Below the pieces are notes generated by a model, which made no database searches, was not told where the DNA came from, and saw only the letters and a list, made by a program, of their open reading frames with translations. The position numbers and the translations under genes were made by a program. A stretch of DNA of 64,000 bases from Octopus vulgaris (lineage: Eukaryota): positions 82,522,001 to 82,586,000 of the forward strand of contig OX597817.1 of NCBI GenBank assembly GCA_951406725.2, given 5' to 3'. Of this stretch, positions 49,199 through 61,333 are shown one piece after another. Position 1 is the first letter of the stretch. Each line of letters starts with the position of its first letter.

Positions 49199-49234
49199 TA
49201 GTACTGGTTTCAGTCATTGAGACTTTTTCAACTG
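49199..49234 (-). ncRNA. Minimal hammerhead-like motif with U3:A8 core
   Basis: Minus strand CAG-UUGAAAA-AGUC-UCAAU-GACU-GAAA-CCAG-UA-CUA; stem III ACC(A)GU is one CpG-type change from palindromic. Confidence 0.5.
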
Positions 49235-50344
49235 TAACAATTAAACAATTAAATTTAGAAAAATTAAAAGAGAAGTGTTTTTAAAAGAATATTTGTATAG
49301 TGTTCAAATACAAGTAGCATCTTTCCTTGATTCTGCCTGTCTCTGTCTCTCTTGTGGGTTGGATGTAGTTGTGAATTCTTGGTAGGGAAGAAGAAGAAGA
49401 AGGAAAAGAAGAAGGAGGGGAGAAGGAGGAGGATGTGGGAGTGCCATGACTGTAGTATGTTGAATGGTCAGCCACTGGGCTGCCTGAAAATGACCTATAG
49501 TGGATGGTAGCAGTCACTGTCCAATTCATGAAAATATTTCTTTTGAATGTTTTGTTTATAGAATTTGTGTAGTTGTTATTCTAAACAGCATTAACTATAA
49601 AGTTAGGAAGGAGAAAGAAGGAGATGAAGAAGAATCCATTTTGAAAAAAGAGCAATCAAGAAGATATGCAAATCATGCTGTTGTAGAATGAAATTATCAC
49701 TGATTGGTGTTGACCTGTGTTTATAAGGTTAAAGAGAAATTCTAAAATTATGATTCCAACATTTGTAAGACTTAATCAGTTTGAGTGACAAAAGGTATGA
49801 AAATGTAAACATAATGTTTTTGTGACATATATGTTTATTAAATAAAAGTACTTATAATGTCAAACCCCTGAAGCCATTAGTAAATTTTTATGAAGAGCAA
49901 TAAGTGTAGTGAGAGACAGGAAGAGAAAGAAAGACAGGAAGAAACTACAAAAGTAAAAATGTAAGGAAGAGATAATAGGGGAGAAAGAAGACAGACAGAC
50001 AGCATTCAGGTGAGAAAATAGTCTTCCTCTTTGCTATTGTTTTGCTCTCTGATATTGTATATGGTTCTCCCCACCACCTTTTTTTTCTACTGCTTGTGTT
50101 TCTTACTCATCAGTCACTGCAAATTTTCATGAGAAGCTGTAAGTTTTGAAAGGGTAAGTGGGGGAGGGAAGTGAGAGAGAGAGAGAGAGAAATACATAGT
50201 GATATTTATGCCATCATTTATAATAGGTCAATGTGAAAAATAAAGTAAAGGAAAGAGAGCATTTGCTAAATGAAAAAATGAGGAATGAGAAGAAAAATAA
50301 AGCATAAACAGTCTGAAGGGCTGCATTGGTGGAGGATTAAATGA

Positions 50345-50580
50345 TTCATCATCATCATTTAGCGTCCGCTTTCCATGCTAGTATGGGTTGGACGGTTCAA
50401 CTGGGGTCTGGGAAGCCAGAAGGCTGCACCAGGCCCAGTCTGATCTGGCAATGTTTCTTCGGCTAGATGCCCTTCCTAACGCCAACCACCCCGTGAGTGT
50501 AGTGAGTGCTTTTTACATGTCAGACGGGGCTGGCAAACGGCCACGGTCGGATGGTGCTTTTTGCGTGCCACCGGCGCAGA
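50345..50580 (-). mobile_element. SINE family D
   Basis: catcatcatttagcgtccgctttccatgctag..gatgcccttcctaacgccaacc. Confidence 0.8.
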
Positions 50581-51378
50581 GTTGGCAGGGGGTGACACAG
50601 GATACCAAAAGCAAGGTTCACAGGCAACAGGTGGACTCATGCAGTTGTCAAGTGGTATCCAAGAGACCAGAAAATGCCACTCAGAATGTTTCCACAAAAA
50701 TAGAAAGATGGCTTAGATAATTTGGGCCAAGATGAAAAAGAAGAGCACAATCAAGAGAGAAATGGAAGCACAGTATGATCAGCAGAGTATAACAGCTTCC
50801 AAGATCTTGGACAATACAGTGATATATACATACATATGTGTGTAAATTTAAAATGAGGGTGAGAAATTGGATATTAATTTAATTAAATCAACATCAATTT
50901 AACACCAGTGGTCTAGCATATAAAATCTGAAGGTTCAGTAAACTGTATTATATACAAATGAGAGGGATGACCACTATGTGGACAACCCTTATGCTAGAAG
51001 TAGATCTGCTATGGTCTTACCACTAAGAAATGTTCTCAAGAAAAAATTTAACAAACACCAGAGCATAAGCGAGCAAGACAAATGAAAAGTAACAATATAT
51101 AGATTATTCACATATATGTTTCACCATAACATATTACGTAATTTTTACTTACACAATTTGTATGTAGATCCTCAGTGTGACCGTCCATACAAATATAATT
51201 TGCAGAGCTATATACGAAGATGTCTGTACGAGGGTAGACTTGTATCTAGTTCTACCTATTACACTTGCGGTTTTTTTTCAAAAGTCTTCGTTCTGGCGTG
51301 CCAAATTACCAGAAAATAATACTGCAGAAAATAATTTACTGCAGTAGCTTTTGCAGGTTAGAGAACGTATTGATTTAA

Positions 51379-51417
<39 letters not shown>

Positions 51418-51608
51418 TAAAATTCTACATGGATGAGTAAAATTTTGACTGTGACATAATCCAAATTTAATCAATAAAAATTTTACCACAACACATCTCC
51501 ATTACAACATGCCCTTCAACCTAATTATGAGTGAACTGGGTCCCACAAACCACAGAACAATTTTATCTCAAAAGAGACTATACAAAGCCAAGGTTGACTT
51601 AAATTCAT

Positions 51609-51647
51609 CAGTCTGATGATGACTTATTTGAAACTTCAAAGTTACTG
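51609..51647 (+). ncRNA. Type I hammerhead motif with eroded stem II
   Basis: CAGU-CUGAUGA-UGACUUAUUU-GAA-ACU-UCAA-AGU-U-ACUG: 4-bp stem I, 3-bp stem III, GUU triplet 51641-51643; module follows (TA)n 51382-51414. Confidence 0.6.
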
Positions 51648-51881
51648 TCAATACTATTCTTATTGAAAAATTATAAATTTGTACTCTACAAAAGTATTGA
51701 GCAACCCTTCAGATTAATGTAAAATTATTTTAATGACAATTGAATATAAAAAAAAACATTATAACACACACACACACACACACACATGTAGCAAGTCTGT
51801 TGAGTGGCCTATATTGCCAAGAGCAATTGTAGACATGAAACCAATGGTAAGTTCCTGACCAGCTATAACCATGACTATATA

Positions 51882-51926
<45 letters not shown>

Positions 51927-52049
51927 AAAGTTAGGTTTATGAACATAAGCACATGGGTTCACTTCCTGGACTAAATAGAGCATAGCGTTTATGAGTAAAG
52001 CAGTCAATTTAAATTAAAACAAGCACCAACTGAAGGCTGGTAAAGTCTC

Positions 52050-52290
52050 TTGCCCAAGGTGTTCCTTACTCAGTACAACTGAACCAGTAGCTATAGATGG
52101 ATGTGAAATTCTCAGCCACACAGCTACTACAAGTTTTCAGCTACTACTTAAAACTCTTCAGATTAACTATTATTACATACTGTATTAATTGCTTTTCATA
52201 AAAGTACAAATCATAATTGTTTTCTCATAATTCGATATGAAGTAAGATCTAATTTTTATCTTTCTCTCATGACTGAAAGCATTAGAAAGT
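52050..52290 (+). repeat. Diverged paralogue of 47180-47347 + 47711-47770 (empty site)
   Basis: ccaaggtgttcc..aaattctcagccaca..gctactac..attacatact..aatcataatt..ataattc..atatgaagtaa collinear, without the insertion. Confidence 0.75.
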
Positions 52291-52319
52291 GCGTGTGAAT
52301 ATGTGTGTGGGAATATACA

Positions 52320-52363
<44 letters not shown>

Positions 52364-52669
52364 CACATACATATTTATGCACAGATACACACACACATAT
52401 AAATACACACATACGCATATATGTGTATATCTAGAGAGATATAATCAATACATAAGTACTTACACAACAACAACAATAACCTTGACCAGAAATCCAAGTG
52501 CATACATTAAGGAAAACAAAGCTTAGATGCATTCACACATTTGTACCCATCCTAACATACTAACAAGTTAAATATACCATAACACACATACATATGCACA
52601 AAGAAAAATGCATCTCACACATGAAACAGTGTGTATGTATGAGTGTGTGTAATACATATATATACCTGC

Positions 52670-53010
52670 ATCACCTTACTGGCATTTGTGCTGGTGACAC
52701 ATGAAAAAACATTCGAGCGAGGTCATTGCCAATACCACTGGACTGGCTCCTGTGCAGGTGGCACGTAAAAAGCACCATTTGAGCATGGCTGTTGCCAGTA
52801 CTGCCTGACTGGCCCCTATGCCGGTGGCATGTAAAAGCACCCACTACACTCTCGGAGTGGTTGGCATTAGGAAGGGCATCCAGCTGTAGAAACTATGCCA
52901 GATCAGATTGGAGTCTGGTGCAGTCATCTGGATTGCCAGACCTCAGTCAAATCGTCCAACCCATGCTAGCATGGAAAGCTGATGTTAAACGATAATGATG
53001 ATGATGATGA
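52670..53010 (+). mobile_element. SINE family D
   Basis: Collinear with 42060-42372; (GAT)n tail. Confidence 0.85.
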
Positions 53011-53068
53011 CTTTTATTCTTTTGCTTGTTTCAGTTATTTGACTGTGGCCATGCTGGAGCACCACCTT
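53011..53068 (-). mobile_element. Extreme 3' tail of SINE family A, joined to the tRNA trailer
   Basis: Minus strand aaggtggtgctccagcatggccacagtcaaataactgaaacaagcaaaagaataaaag matches 29262-29320. Confidence 0.85.
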
Positions 53069-53082
53069 AAAAAAAGAAAGTA

Positions 53083-53173
53083 TGCCCGTAGAGGGACTTG
53101 AACCCGTGACCCTCAGATCACCTACAGGATTAGCCTTAAAAGTCTGATGCTCAGCTGACTGAGCTATGTCGAG
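53083..53173 (-). tRNA. Intron-containing tRNA-Lys(UUU) pseudogene (18-nt intron 53119-53136)
   Basis: Minus strand ATAGCTCAGTCAGCTGAGCATCAGACTTTTA[aggctaatcctgtaggtg]ATCTGAGGGTCACGGGTTCAAGTCCC..CGGGCA; anticodon 53138-53140; intron at 37/38; T7 run 53069-53075; acceptor stem, T stem and D-loop GG damaged. Confidence 0.85.
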
Positions 53174-53889
53174 AATCATCAATTTAACATGTGCTTTTTC
53201 ATGCATGCATAGGTCAGATGGAATTTATTGGGAAAGATTTTCTACAGCTGGGTGCTCCTCTTTCCATTAACCTTCATTTGTTTCTAAGCAAGATAATATT
53301 TTCCAGTAATTGGAGATATACTTACAAAAGACTGGAAATGAATGATACCACTTGTATGACAGTGACACTAATTTTACATCATTATGCAATTAGAAGTCAA
53401 AGGTACAGTACCCCTCCACACACACACATCAAAATTATACTGGGATGGGATTTTCTATGTCTGGATACTCTACTTATCACCAGCCCCTACTTGTTTACAA
53501 GTCGGGTAATCTGCTGGTATATCAAACAATGATGAGCCTGGACAACTTTACATAGAAGACTAGAAACAAAGAATAACATATGAACAAGACTTTAGATTAC
53601 AAAGATCATGCAACATGCAATGACATGTCAAGAGGTCAAGACATGTTTTCAGAATGAACAGCTAGATAATGTTTACAATCAGCAAACACTCATGAAGGGG
53701 AGGACAAATAAGAAATCACTAACACAAACGCATACATCAAATCCACACCCAAAACTATATGGTTGGAAAGTGAATTTCTTAATTGCACAGCTATAACTGT
53801 GTCAATACAAAGAAAAAAATGTTAACAGAAACTTCATAAAATAAATTCACCGAAAGTTTCATCTAAGTTTTGAGATATTTCACGTTTAA

Positions 53890-54690
53890 TATGGCTGTAT
53901 GGTAAGAAGCTTGTTTCCCAACCGATTGATTTTGGTTCAGTCCCACTGCATGGCACCTTGGGTAAATATCCTCTACTATAGCCTTAGGCTGGCTGAAGCC
54001 TTGTGAGTGGATTTTGTAGACAGAAACTGAAAAAAGGCGGCGAACTGACAGAAACGTTAGCATGCCGGGCGAAATGCTTAGTGTTATTTCGTCTGCCACT
54101 ACATTCTGAGTTCAAATTCTGCCAAGGTCGACTTTGCCTTTCATCCTTTAGGTGTTGATTAAATAAGTACCAATTACACACTGGGGCTGATGTAATAGAC
54201 TTAATCCTTTTGTCTGTCCTTGTTTGTCCCCTCTGTGTATAGCCCCTTGTGGGTAGTAAAGAAATAGGTATTTCGTCTGCCGTTACGTTGAGTTCAAATT
54301 CTGCCGAGGTTGACTTTGCCTTTCACCCTTTTGGGGTCAATTAAATAAGTACCAGTTACGCACTGGGGTCGATATAATCAACTTAATCCGTTTGTCTGTC
54401 CTTGTTTGTCCCCTCTGTGTGTAGCCCCTTGTAGGCAGTAAAGAAATAGGAAACTGAAAGAAGGCCATTGTAAATATGTATATATATGTGCCCATATTTA
54501 TCCCCCACCACCACCACTTGACAACCAGTATTGGTGTGTTTACATCTCCATCACTTAGTAGTTCAGCAAAAGAGATCGACTGAATAAGTACCAGGCTTAA
54601 AAAGAAAATAAGTACTAGGGCTGATTCTTTTGACTAACAATTCTTTAAGGTGGTGCCCCAGCACTGAAACAAGTAAAAGATAAAAGATAA
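53890..54690 (+). mobile_element. SINE family A interrupted by a dimeric SINE B (54033-54449)
   Basis: 10-bp TSD gaaactgaaa at 54023-54032 and 54450-54459. Confidence 0.85.
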
Positions 54691-55760
54691 AAAGATGAAT
54701 CATTGATGTATAACATAATACTGCTTATTGAAATTATATAGGTTACTCAAAATTGACACAAACACACACACTCATATATATGTGTCTATACTTCTTTATC
54801 TGACTACTGACAGGATGTTGACAAGCAAGTAAGGAAGAATTCTTTGTATTATAAAACAAAAAGCATAATATTTTTTCAGTCATATCATAACTTCAAAGTA
54901 AATTTGTTTCATATAGAAACAATTTCTGAATACAATTTTCTTTCAAACAGAATGTATTTGAAATGTACTGAATGTGATCAACATAACCTCTGTAATCATG
55001 GAAAGAAAGAAAAATATGAAATGCAAGTTCTGAATTTATTATGGTATTTGACTATTGTTGAACTAAATCTAATCCATGATTTTGTAGTCTCCTGACAATG
55101 TTAAGTTCTTAGAGTATTTGTTATCAAATATGAAACCTTAAGTAAAATATATGCATTTACAACTGAAACAATGAGAAGAGTGAAAAGCATAGCATCAGTA
55201 TTGATTTCTTTCAAAGAAACCAATCGCTGTTTCATATGAAGTCGATCTAGAGTTTAGTGAGCCAACTCTATAATATTGATTTCTTTTCCAGGCCACATGG
55301 CCACAAATTTCTTAAGAAAAATGAATGAGATTAAATGACTTTTGACGTTAAGGCCTTTCTCAAAAGCATTAGCTATGTAATTGGATTGTACTGGTATGAA
55401 CCAGAAATTAAAATAAAGTTGCACAATAGTGCCAAGAGCCTACCATATACTCATTAACCACAAAATCAACTCAATTTTGTTAATTTAAAGTTAGTTAATT
55501 AATCATAATACAAGACTATACAACTTGATTATGTTTTCAGATGCTCATCATTAAAATGTAAGCAATACTGGTTTCAAATTTTGGCACAAGGCCATCAGTT
55601 TTGGGGAAGGTGATAAATAGATTACATCAACCCCAGTGCTCTACTGGTACTTATTTTACTGACCTCCTAAAGGATGAAAAGCAGAGTCAACCTCAGACAA
55701 AGTCGACCTTGGTGGAATTTGAACTCAGAATGTAAACAAAGTATATGTAAACAAAGTATA

Positions 55761-56163
55761 TAAGTGTAGGAGTGGCTGTGTGGTAAGTAGCTTGCTTACC
55801 AACCACATGGTTCTGGGTTCAGTCCCACTGCGTGGGACCTTAGGCAAGTGTCTTCTACTATAACCTTGGGCTAACCAAAGCCTTGTGAGTGGATTTGGTA
55901 GATGGAAACTGAAAGAAGCCTGTCGTATATATGTATACATATATATATGCGTGTGTGTTTGTGTGTGTGTATGTTTGTGCCCCCCCAACATTGCTTGACA
56001 ACTGATGTTGGTGTGTTTACGTCTCCATCACTTAGTGGTTCAGCAAGAGAGACCGATAGAATAAGTACTAGGCTTACAAAGAATAAGTCCTGGGTTGATT
56101 TGCTAGACTTAAGGTGGTGCTCCAGCATGGCTGCAGTCAAATGACTGAAACAAGTAAAAGAGT
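55761..56163 (+). mobile_element. Full-length SINE family A
   Basis: Collinear with 28925-29320; possible TSD aaagtata at 55753-55760 and 56164-56171. Confidence 0.9.
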
Positions 56164-56622
56164 AAAGTATAGGCAATATTGTTAGTAAGCAAAAAAGAAA
56201 AAAAAATTTAATTTATATCCCTCTATATTTTCGGTTCAAATCATAGAAAGACGATTTTTATAAGTTTTATACAAGACAAAACCTCTTGTATGGATTTAGT
56301 GATTAGCTACAAGGTGAACTTCCTTTTACAGAAATGGTATCATCCACAGAGTCAACCTTGATTTAATGAAACTATAATTTGACCAAGACAGAGTTTGAAC
56401 TAAGATTCTAGATTACACTAAGTCCATCACCTACAGAAATATGAAGTCAACACTACTGGATTTTGCAGAGCTGAGAATGTAAAGGACAAAACCAAATACT
56501 GGAAAGCATTTAGTTTGTCATGCTATGGTTTCTTTTAAGTCACAGCTGTTATGGAATTTCTTTCTTTTGTTAGCAAGGCAATTTTACGATGATGTAATGA
56601 TTCAACCTGATCACTGTCTTCA

Positions 56623-56748
<126 letters not shown>

Positions 56749-56987
56749 GTACCAGGTAGTGGCTCTCATGGCTTCTGATCTTAATTGATTAGAAGTGTTA
56801 TCATGTACATTGTTTTGTCTTAGTTGATAACGTGGACCCCAGTGTTTCACTGGTACTTAATTTATCAACCCTGGAAGGATGAAAGGCAAAGTCAACCTCA
56901 GCAGAATTTGAACCAAGAACGCCAAGGTGGATGAAACGCCACAAAGCGTTTCACCTGGCATGCGAATGATTCTGCTAGTTTGCTACC

Positions 56988-57022
<35 letters not shown>

Positions 57023-57151
57023 CCTTTCTATTGGAAGCACAAGGCCTCAAATTTGTGGGGGTGGGGACTAGTTGATTATATCGACCTCTTATCTTATCGA
57101 CCCTGAAAGGATGAAAGGCAAAGTCGACCTTAATAATGATAGTAATAAATA

Positions 57152-57686
57152 CAGTACCAGAGAGTGGCTCTCATAACTTCTGATCTTAACTGATTGGAAG
57201 TGTTATCATGTACATGTTTTGTCTTGGAATAAAAGATGGGCTACAGCAAATATTCTGCTCAATATCCCAGATTTGCTCGTCAGTTGTTTGGCCTTAACCA
57301 GTGGAGCATGTCCCTTAGTGGTTGATGATATGTGCAACTCTGATTATGAGCAGAAGTAGTGGGCGAGCATCATAGCTATGTGTTGAGAGGGATTCTTTGG
57401 GGTTTGGATAATTCACCTCTGGAAACATGGGTGTTTCATTCAACACCCTTAAGCAGCCCGTATTCAGGGACCTTTTGTGTAGGATGGGTTACTCGACCTG
57501 AAAAAAATTCTAACTGGGTCTCACATGCAAGGTCATGCGCGGTATGAGATCACCATGTCACACGCATATGGTTGTGATACATGTGCCTGGTGTACTCTTA
57601 CCAGACGGGTAGCCATCATGGGTATACTGGGCTTCATATATTTTACACCTGTATCACTTTGATGGCATGCACTGCTCTCTCACTCA
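57152..57686 (+). mobile_element. Uninterrupted copy of the ~530-bp (TAA)n-embedded non-coding element
   Basis: Collinear with 19726-20175 + 20599-20690. Confidence 0.8.
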
Positions 57687-57759
57687 AGCTCTTTTTTCTG
57701 TGGATGTTAAGACTAAACTGGTGGCCTTAGAAACAACAACAACGATGATGATGATGATA

Positions 57760-57955
57760 ATATATCCGTAGAAAAATCCTATCAATTTAAATGTCTGTGT
57801 TGTATTACATGAAGATATTTTGCTACTATCCCTGCCACATGCTCTCCCCAAGCTTTCAGTCATACTGTAACATCTCTTATCCTTCACTCACCCTAGGACG
57901 CTGGGTGTGTCTCTGTGAGTGATTGCAACAAACATGCAAATTAAATGTAAATAAT
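57760..57955 (+). mobile_element. 3' UTR-only R4/Dong fragment (family of 258-790)
   Basis: tgtattacatgaa..cctaggacgctgggtgt..aacaaacatgca..ttaaa.gtaaat then (AAT)n matches 600-790. Confidence 0.8.
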
Positions 57956-58299
57956 AATAATCATCATAACAACAACAACAACTATTATTATTGTTGTTGT
58001 TGTTGTTGTTGTTAATAAGGCCACCAGTTTAGTCTTAACATCAACAGAAAAAATAGCTTGGTAAATTATATTTATCTCAGTATATGACTGGTACTTTATT
58101 TAATTGACTTTAGAAGAGTGAACAACAAAGTTGACTTTAGCAAGATTTGAACTCAGAATGTAAAGATCCAGGAGAACAATGTATTTCAACTAAATCTGTT
58201 ATGATTCTGCTAATCCATCACCTGTCTGTGATACTGATATTAGTGAGTGCCAACTAGGAGAATGTAATAAGAGCAAGATGGAGCATGCATGAGGAAAGT

Positions 58300-59850
58300 G
58301 AATTTGATGTGAATAGCTTTGATGACAATCAATGGGGGTCCCTTGAAAAACTGAAATGAATACTGGAGGGACTGAAGACCCTAGAGACAGTTAATTTGAG
58401 GACTGAGTGAAACAAGATTTAAGAAAGAACACGGAAAGATTATCTGTGAGAACAAAAACATATCAACACATGGGATGTTGGCATGTGCTAATGTAGTTGG
58501 AGAATGTTGGGAACAAAAAGAAAGGACAAAAGAAGAACCAAGCAGATGCTAATGGAGACCATTGGAAGCAGGATAAATGAAAAATGTAAAGAAAATTAGT
58601 TTAGAGAAAATGAATCACGTAAAGTAAAATGGAATTGGGACAACAAATGAAGAACAAAAGCTGTCAAAATCAGAGAGCCAAAAGAAACAAACAATATAAG
58701 GAAAATTGTTTTCTTCAATCAAATCAGAAACGTCCATTTGGCACTCTTCAAGATAATGAGAAAAATGATAACATGAAACAGAATACTGAAGAAAGAAAAC
58801 CATTTTGAAAAGAAATTTGGGGAAAGTGCCAAGTACAATAATAAAGCACAATGGATAAAGCCAGTGGAAAATTACACTGAAAATGTTGAGATGTAAAAGG
58901 ATTTAACCATCATGAAAGAAAATATCAAGACATTGATAAAGATAAGAAAACTGGACCTGATCTTGTTCATGGTTACTGGATGAAAATAATCAATTTGACT
59001 GTATAACTTGGCAGGTTACAAATCTCCATGAAACTATACTGACACAGCTGAATGAGTGTAGGACAATGTAGAATCTATTACTTTGCTTAAAATAAGGACA
59101 AATTTGTCTGATATTGAAAAGAGAAGTTAAAAGGGAACATTGCCTCTAAATTATTTATTGACCAGTTACATATTCACATCCTATGTGGAACCTCCTAATA
59201 GGGATAATTACTGAAGAGATGTTACTGCTGCTGCTACCACCACCACCACCACCACCACTACTATGTTGTCATCATTGCCATCATTATCATTATTATTTAA
59301 AGTCCTTGATCCATACAGGCAAGGATTTGATGGTTTAATGGGATCTGATGAACTGGAGAACTGTGTTGAGTCCCAGCAGTAACTTTCATGTTTTCTATGG
59401 CTGGATGACCTTCCTAAATCAAATCACTTTGCAGAGTGCACTGGTACTTTTTTTCTTTTTGGTACCAGCTCAAGTAAAATTGTCAAGTAATTTCCCAGAC
59501 GAAGTAAAAGCTACTTCAACTTAGTGGGGTTTAGTAGAGAGGGATGTAACTTTGTGCCAGTTGTTTAGGAGCTAAAGTATGATAAAAGGGTCATTCTAGA
59601 GAAGAGATACATTATGAGAAACATTGAATGCCTTACAAAGTGAAGCAAAAGAATAATTAAAACTTGATATGATGGTCTTGAAGAATAACTAAAAGAGAAC
59701 AAAAAATTTAAGCATCATTGGATGGATTGTATATCAACAAATATTTAAATGAAAATTTATAAATTGTAGAAAAGTTCATGATCATGTCCCAGGCTTAAGT
59801 GACAGGTGTTGTCTAGAAATGTTAAAGATTGTGAAGTAGATTAGATGATA
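58300..59850 (+). mobile_element. Heavily decayed R4/Dong-type LINE, interrupted by microsatellite and SINE (~59220-59600)
   Basis: Residual GPDLVHGYWMK, PVT..PMWNLLIGIITEEM and DMMVLKN..KRTKNLS. Confidence 0.6.
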
Positions 59851-59934
59851 CAGAAGATACTGGATGAAGAGAAGCAGAACTGTTCACCCATGATTAGAAT
59901 GTGCAACAATACAGTTGAGAGTAGAGGTGAACTC

Positions 59935-60255
59935 TTTCAGTCACAAATGACCATGGGATTGCACTTAGAAAGTTCTCTTTCAAGGGATAAGTTTGGTCAA
60001 GGTTGTTTTGTGGAAGACCAGCAGTCGCACATGTATAACAGTCTCCCTTCTCCATGCCACCAAAAGAAAGGCAAAGGCTGATACATCTTGGCACCAGTGA
60101 CATTGCAACTCATTTCTACAGCTGAGTGAACTGGAGCAACACAAAACAAAGTATCTTGCTCAAGAATACAACACATAGCCTGGTGTAGGAATTGAACTCA
60201 CAACTCACAATTGTACACTAGATGTTCCAACCACTGAGTCATGAGCCTTCACTGA
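59935..60255 (-). mobile_element. SINE family C (third tail type), decayed
   Basis: Reverse-complement homology to 35370-35680. Confidence 0.7.
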
Positions 60256-60715
60256 GGTAAGACTATATTGGAATATATAATGAAAATCTTTACCCAGTAA
60301 AACATTCCATTCTGCCATTTATAAGCCAAATATATAATTTTTCGTTTAAATATTTGTTGATATACAAAAATTACAAAATAAAAAATGTTATGCAAACATT
60401 CTTTATTGTGAGTATAAACAATTCATTTAGACATTTACCATTTTGTTTATGTATGATGAAGTTTTGGTTAAGAAATGTTATGTTAAAATTGTGGACAAAA
60501 ATTATTATAAAATTCCCTTTGACATTCATTATTAGCTACATATATTATTAATATACATACAAATTCACAAATGTGAGAGATTTTGCACAGTATCTCAACC
60601 TGCTAGAAATAGAAGTTAAGTCTCTTTCAAATCAGATGAAAATGAGACAACATAACAATAACAAAATCTTGACTGGTAACAGTTTTTATGGAAAAATTAT
60701 CAAAATAAATAAATA

Positions 60716-60858
60716 TATACATTATTTACAATTGATGGATATATGACCTCATCTTGTTTGTTGTTAACACGCTTCGGCTGATATACCCTCCAGCCTTCAT
60801 CAGGTGTCTTGGGGAAATTTCGAACCTGGGTTCTCATTCCTAAGGTATTTTTCGATGC

Positions 60859-60893
<35 letters not shown>

Positions 60894-60952
60894 TCACTGC
60901 CTGGAATCGAACTCGGAATCTTGGGGTTATGATAATAATAATAATAATAATC

Positions 60953-60995
<43 letters not shown>

Positions 60996-61113
60996 TAATA
61001 ATAACAGCGAAAAATACCTTAGGAATGAGAACCCAAGTTCGAAATTTCCTCCAAGACACCTGATGAAGGCTGGAGGGTATATCAACTGAAACTGATATAC
61101 CCTCCAGCCTTCA
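60716..61113. mobile_element. tRNA-B-box/(AAT)n/hammerhead element in inverted arrangement
   Basis: Arms ~60775-60870 and ~60995-61090 are reverse complements; CUGAUGA at 60797-60803 (-) and 61060-61066 (+); stem II GGCUG/CAGCC; B box GAGTTCGATTCC (-) at ~60904-60915. Confidence 0.75.
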
Positions 61114-61333
61114 CACAAATATGCAACCGAAGATTTTAAAGAACCAGTAATGATAAGGCTGTTGACTGGGAGAACACAAACATGATTTAAACAGTAAGCT
61201 TGGCAGAAAAGAAACGTGCCTTTAAGCAGAACAAAAAGAACAAAAAGTGGAAGGTGCAGTTATGTACAGGTTGACAGAAGAAAAGCAGGACAATACACAA
61301 AACATGGGTCAGACAAAACAAAGAACAACAAAG

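Noticed and set aside
50095-50118. Minus-strand CUGAUGA-GUAA-GAAA
   Set aside because: No room for stem II and no stem I/III pairing
54951-55095. + strand exon-like segment CTECDQHNLCN with a hydrophobic tail (Ly6/quiver-like)
   Set aside because: Short, no partner exons found; similarity could be chance. BLASTP or RNA-seq would be needed
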